A stretch of 57,303 nt of DNA, filler included, from Dugesia japonica (taxonomy: Eukaryota): NCBI GenBank assembly GCA_001938525.1. It is 5 parts of 5 records of this genome, joined end to end, with 100 filler letters (N's around TTAATTAATTAA, not from the genome) between each part and the next. Parts side by side here need not be neighbours in the genome. Positions count along the whole stretch, not along the records: positions 48,078 to 57,303 come from MQRL01611143.1; 4 more parts are not named here. One strand, 5' to 3'. The notes beneath the pieces are model-generated. The model had not been told where the DNA came from, did no database searches, and saw only the letters and a program-made list of their open reading frames with translations. This document shows, piece after piece, positions 52,293 to 57,303 of this stretch; the first letter of the stretch is position 1, and every line of letters begins with the position of its first letter. The translations under genes were made by a program, and so were the position numbers.

Positions 52293-53558
52293 TTAGATGT
52301 ATAACTTAGTTTTATNGATTTTCTAAGAGTTAGTATAATTTTTACATTAAACATTCTTTTCCAGTGATACTTACATCATTTTAAAGTATAGATATGCTTT
52401 ATTTAAATTTAATATATCAATATTCGTGAAATTTATTTTTTTAGTTTTAAACTTGTCAAAATTTGTACCACCAAAGCAACATATTCGGGAAGTATTACTT
52501 TTGGTTTTAATCAAAACAAAAAAGCTGCTGAAAGTTTTTGTTTGCTTCAAGAAACTTATGCGAAACATGCACCAACGCAACAGACTTGCGCAAATTGGTT
52601 TAAAAGTTTCAAATGCATGGATTTGGGTGTCAGTGATAAAGAACGTTCTGGTCAACCAAAGAAATTTGAAGATGAAGAATTGGAAGCATTATTTAAGAAA
52701 AAGTCAGCTCAAACAGAAAAAGAACTTGTTAAATGTCACTCAAACAGCCATAAACAAACGCCTACATGCTATGAAAATAATTCTAAAGGAAGGAAAATTG
52801 ATACCACATGAACTAAAACAAGCCAACATTGAAAATCGTTTAATGGTTTGCAATTCATTGATGACTAGACATCTTAGATGGGACTTTTTGCATAGTATGC
52901 TGACTGGTGATGAAAAATAGATTCGTTACTATAGCTCTAAACGCAAAAAATCTTGGGTTCATCCAGGCGAGCCATCCACATCAACAGCAAAAAGAAACAT
53001 TCATGGAGGTAAGGCTATGTTGTGCATTTGGTGGGATCAGAAAGGAGTGGTGTACTATGAGGTCCTAAAATCATACGAAACTATTACGGGTGAACGTTAC
53101 CAACAATAATTAATTGATTTGAATCATGCATTGAATGAAAAGCGTCCGATTCCAGCTAGCACACAACATCAAATAATTTTGCTGCACGACAAGGCTCGAC
53201 CACATGTCTCAAAACAAGTAAAAAATACGTTGGAAGGACTTAAATGGAAAATCCTGCAACATGCTTCCTATTCAACAGATTGTGCTACATCAGATTACTA
53301 CTTATTCCGATCAATGCAAAGTGTTATTCAAAATCACCACTTCAGAAACCACGAAGAAATCAAAAACTGGATTGATGAATGGATGGAATCAAAAGATGAA
53401 CAATTTTTTTTCGATGGAATCCATAAATTTCCAGAAAGATGGTCAAAAGTCATAGCTAACGCTGGAAAATATGTTGATTGAAATAAAATTTACCATTTCT
53501 TAGAAATAAGCTTGTTTTTCTTCTAAAGAAAATCAAAAAAACTAAGTTATACACCTAA
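52293..53558 (+). mobile_element. Near full-length mariner (Mos1/mauritiana-like, DD34D) inside an unc-13 intron; transposase pseudogene
   Basis: TIRs TTAG(A/G)TGTATAACTTAGTTTT with TA flanks, 1266 bp. Motifs SKFVPPKQHIRE, TGDEK, LHDKARPH and YSTDCATSDY. Frameshifts and a stop. Confidence 0.95.
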
Positions 53559-54319
53559 TATTATTAGTTATTATATAACTTGTTATCAAAAATTCTAAAA
53601 ATCATTGAAATAAATCTAATAATTTTTATTTAAATAATACATTGTACCACAATTTCTATCATTCTTTTCTTTAATTAATTCTATATTTTTATTTTAATTC
53701 ATGAAAACGTTAATAATACCATAAATCGTAGGCAGTTTAATTCTGAAAGTGTCTGTAATTATCTTTTTAGATACCATTATGATATTTTTTTATGATTATT
53801 CATCTAGTGATTCTTCTGAAAATCATTTAATTTTTAATCTGATAATTCGAATATACTTTTTAAAATATTATTTCACACTTTAATCATCTGATAATGTATA
53901 AACCTTTCTAACTAAAATTTTTTTAATTGAAAACTTATTTTTTTTTATTTGTGATATTCCAATACATAGTAAATAGCAATTTATTTAAAAATTTCGCAAC
54001 TTTATAGTATTTGATGACTTTTAAGATTGATTGTGAAATATTCAAAATGTGGATTGAAACCCAGTAAGANTTTTCTTGAAAATATTTCTTTAATAATTTT
54101 TGATTAATTATTGTTGTAAATAAGCAAGTATTTCCATACATATTGAATACAATAAACCGTTAGAAAATACGTAATAGTAAATAACTAATTTATCTGATTG
54201 TAATAAAATAATTTTTTATATTAAGTTGTAAAGAAATAAATAGCGGTTTTTAATCGTCAACTTTAAAAAACCCATAACATTTTACACATTTCTGCACAAC
54301 AAGTTAGAAATTTGTTTTC

Positions 54320-54900
54320 CCAATAGAATAGAAATCTGGAGTTCTAGAACTAACAAAATCTTTGAAGGCATATAATGGCAGCTTCTCTACTTTTGAAGGT
54401 TTTTCNGTAGAAGAACTTGTCCAAATGTTTGTAAAAACGTTAAATTTTGAAAATAAAACACTAGATAAAAATTCTATTCAGTCTTCGGGATAAAGCAACT
54501 TAAATAGCTTAACTGTTTTAATTGTTGTAGCGCATATTGTGCGACGCGTGACTAGGTGTTGTCATGTAGAAGTAATGAACTATGTCTATTAACAAGAACC
54601 GAATAACTCAGCTTCAGGTTCTTATTCATTTCTTTAATTTGATTACAACACGCTTCCACCGTAATTATTTCACAAATATTTAATAAGCTGTAATGAATCA
54701 GGCCTGTACAAGACCACCAGACAGTCACCATAAAAATTAAACTTGATTTTCAAATTTGTTATTGAATTTAGAAACTTTTTAAAATTCAATGATGAGCATC
54801 TTAGATTTACCCAATAATATTTATTCAAAAGGTTTTGCTTCAATGAGGACTACCGTATAATTTAAATCACCAAGTCAGATATTTGGTTAACTTTCAAAAC
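54320..54900 (-). mobile_element. Mariner 3' relic inside an unc-13 intron
   Basis: VTVWWSCTGLIHYSLL and LLHDN on the minus strand. Confidence 0.75.
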
Positions 54901-55433
54901 AATATTCACANNNNNNNNNNNNNNNNNNNNNNNNNNNNNNNNNNNNNNNNNNNNNNNNNNNNNNNNNNNNNNNNNNNNNNNNNNNNNNNNNNNNNNNNNN
55001 NNNNNNNNNNNNNNNNCTGAAATATAAAAAATTTAAGAAAAAAATCTATATTTTAAAATAAAAGTTGGTTCTAATTTCTTTTATATTTCGATAAAAATTA
55101 GAATAATTCATGCACAACAAATGTTTTCAGTTTCACAAATACAGCTAATTATCACATTTTTTTAACCAACAACTATAATTTGTTACCAGTATATTTATAG
55201 TCATTGAAAATTTTAATTTTAAAGACAAATAAAAATGTTATTAATAAATTTTGAATAATTATGTAACACAAGAAAATCAAGTAATTATAAGAAAACTAGC
55301 AAATTTAGTTTATTTTCATGATTAAAATTCTTTTGATGAATAAACTAAATTTTTTAGAAAAATAGGAGTAAATTTATTTTAGTGTGCTACAAAAAATAGT
55401 TATTTTGTTTATTTGATCTAATAATTTTCTCAG

Positions 55434-55733
55434 ACTGTCAGCAAGGTGTTATTGACATATGCCGAAATAGTCAAGGGCGATTTCAAACAATATGTGTTAC
55501 GCCAAGAAAAGGCATGTATACTTATCAACAACATTCAGCAAATGCGAGTCCAATTAGAAAGATTGTGGGAGGCGATGGGAGGCCAAACTTTAGAGGCTGA
55601 AACAAGAGCTAGTTTAGATGAATTACAACAAATGCTCAATAGTGTCATAAATGATTTGGCAAAAATATTCGCTGACAGTCTTCAACCTCAAATTGTAGCA
55701 AACATTGCTGAGTTAGCTAAACTATTACAGAAT
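55434..55733 (+). CDS. unc-13: Unc-13/Munc13 internal exon
   Basis: Acceptor ttttctcag|. Translates TVSKVLLTYAEIV...CILINNIQQMRVQLERLWEAMGG...LLQN, matching Munc13 [23 protein letters not shown]. Donor gtaggt. Further exons were not recognised in the window. Confidence 0.93.
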
Positions 55734-55961
55734 GTAGGTGTGATTAGTTTATTTAACGAAATTTACATCATAATTCTATATTTATTTCAAAAAATAAAAT
55801 TTGCATATTTTATTACTGTTTNNNNNNNNNNNNNNNNNNNNNNNNNNNNNNNNNNNNNNNNNNNNNNNNNNNNNNNNNNNNNNNNNNNNNNNNNNNNNNN
55901 NNNNNNNNNNNNNNNNNNNNNNNNNNNNNNNNNNNNNNNNNNNNNNNNNNNNNNNNNNNNN

Positions 55962-56026
<65 letters not shown>
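55962..56026. repeat. (ATT)n microsatellite
   Basis: Direct reading. Confidence 0.95.
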
Positions 56027-57303
56027 CACCATTATGAATATAGTTATGAATATTATTATTTTTATTACTATTTATTATTATTTATTACCATTATTTTATT
56101 ATCATTATTATACCAGAATTACAATTGTTAAATTAAATCTTTTAATTTTTAATTGATTGTCAATTAAAATAATTGTAGAATCGCTAAAATGTCGTAAAAT
56201 CTAGAAAAATTAAAAAAACATTCCATAATTACACTTTCCAACAACTCTAGTGACCAGTTTTTAAGTACATTCGTGTGTCAATTTTTGTTTGTTCTTGTTT
56301 GTTGAAACAATAGACCTCATTTAAAGTATGCAACTAATGAATAAATAAGTGTCTCTTATACCTTCGTTCTACTTTGTAATTGTGATTTTAGAGCTAAAAA
56401 TCCTATTGAATTATTCATTCCCAGACGTATTATCCAAAAATCTTTATTTTAATAAATGTAGTTTTCATTTAGCATAATTAAAAATGAAAAGAAAATATAT
56501 TGCAAACACTTTATTAGATGTTAATTATGAGGCAAATATGCAATTGCTCTAAGATACATCAGTACGATTTTGTTTTACAGTTGAAAACCTTGTATTTTCA
56601 GCTACACCAATGTCCTGGCCCATTTATTCTTTCTCTCCGATATTCATAATTGAGATGTNNNNNNNNNNNNNNNNNNNNNNNNNNNNNNNNNNNNNNNNNN
56701 NNNNNNNNNNNNNNNNNNNNNNNNNNNNNNNNNNNNNNNNNNNNNNNNNNNNNNNNNNNNNNNNNNNNNNNNNNNNNNNNNNNNNNNNNNNNNNNNNNNN
56801 NNNNNNNNNNNNNNNNNNNNNNNNNNNNNNNNNNNNNNNNNNNNNNNNNNNNNNNNNNNNNNNNNNNNNNNNNNNNNNNNNNNNNNGCTCAATTTTAAGG
56901 GTCGTTTTTGACATTGTTAAGTTTTTTTTACATAAAAACTTTAAAAAGAAAGCAATTAAATAATTACGATAAATTCTTTTCTTGAAGAGTAATACATAAA
57001 TCTAGTAATACATAAATCGTGAAAATCAATCTAGAAATTGTTCAGAAAATTTGAATTTAATATAATTTCTTATAATTCAATAATGAAAATTATGGTAAAT
57101 CAATAAATACAATGAAGCCATTAAAAATTTTTATTGAATTATTCTACCAACATTTGTTGATAAACATTCAATGTCAGTGAACATAGACCAAGAAAAAGCA
57201 CATTGAACTAAGATAAGCTTAATAAAGGACAAGAGATTTCTAGTACAAATATAATATGTTACTATCAATATTTTTCAATTGTTAGTTTATATATATATAT
57301 ATA

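Noticed and set aside
55734-56156. 3' extension of the 236-aa ORF
   Set aside because: It is read-through into intron, N gap and microsatellite beyond the gtaggt donor.

Overview
Very AT-rich animal DNA from a gapped draft assembly. The (AAT)n tracts, a 43-bp intron and the TE spectrum are consistent with a planarian flatworm, but that is inference. The window is five pieces joined by artificial 100-bp linkers (44N-TTAATTAATTAA-44N), so adjacency across them is unproven. The only clear host gene is unc-13/Munc13, with four MUN-domain exons at 48107-55733 (+). Most of the rest is decayed mobile DNA: two Ty3/Gypsy families, several mariner relics (one near full length inside an unc-13 intron), a Tc1/IS630-type transposase with DD30E spacing, hAT and piggyBac derivatives, Penelope-like (PLE) fragments and Polinton/Maverick pieces. 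The most notable items are: (i) minimal type I hammerhead ribozymes, including a tandem pair 339 nt apart, an inverted pair, and a 61-bp 3'-end fragment of the 31.6-kb unit inserted with a 9-bp TSD; (ii) a 1.7-kb non-autonomous Polinton-like element with ~365-bp TIRs and a 6-bp TSD, plus separate Polinton PolB, protease and TIR fragments; (iii) a 3.8-kb hAT element with an exact 8-bp TSD that carries unknown coiled-coil coding cargo.
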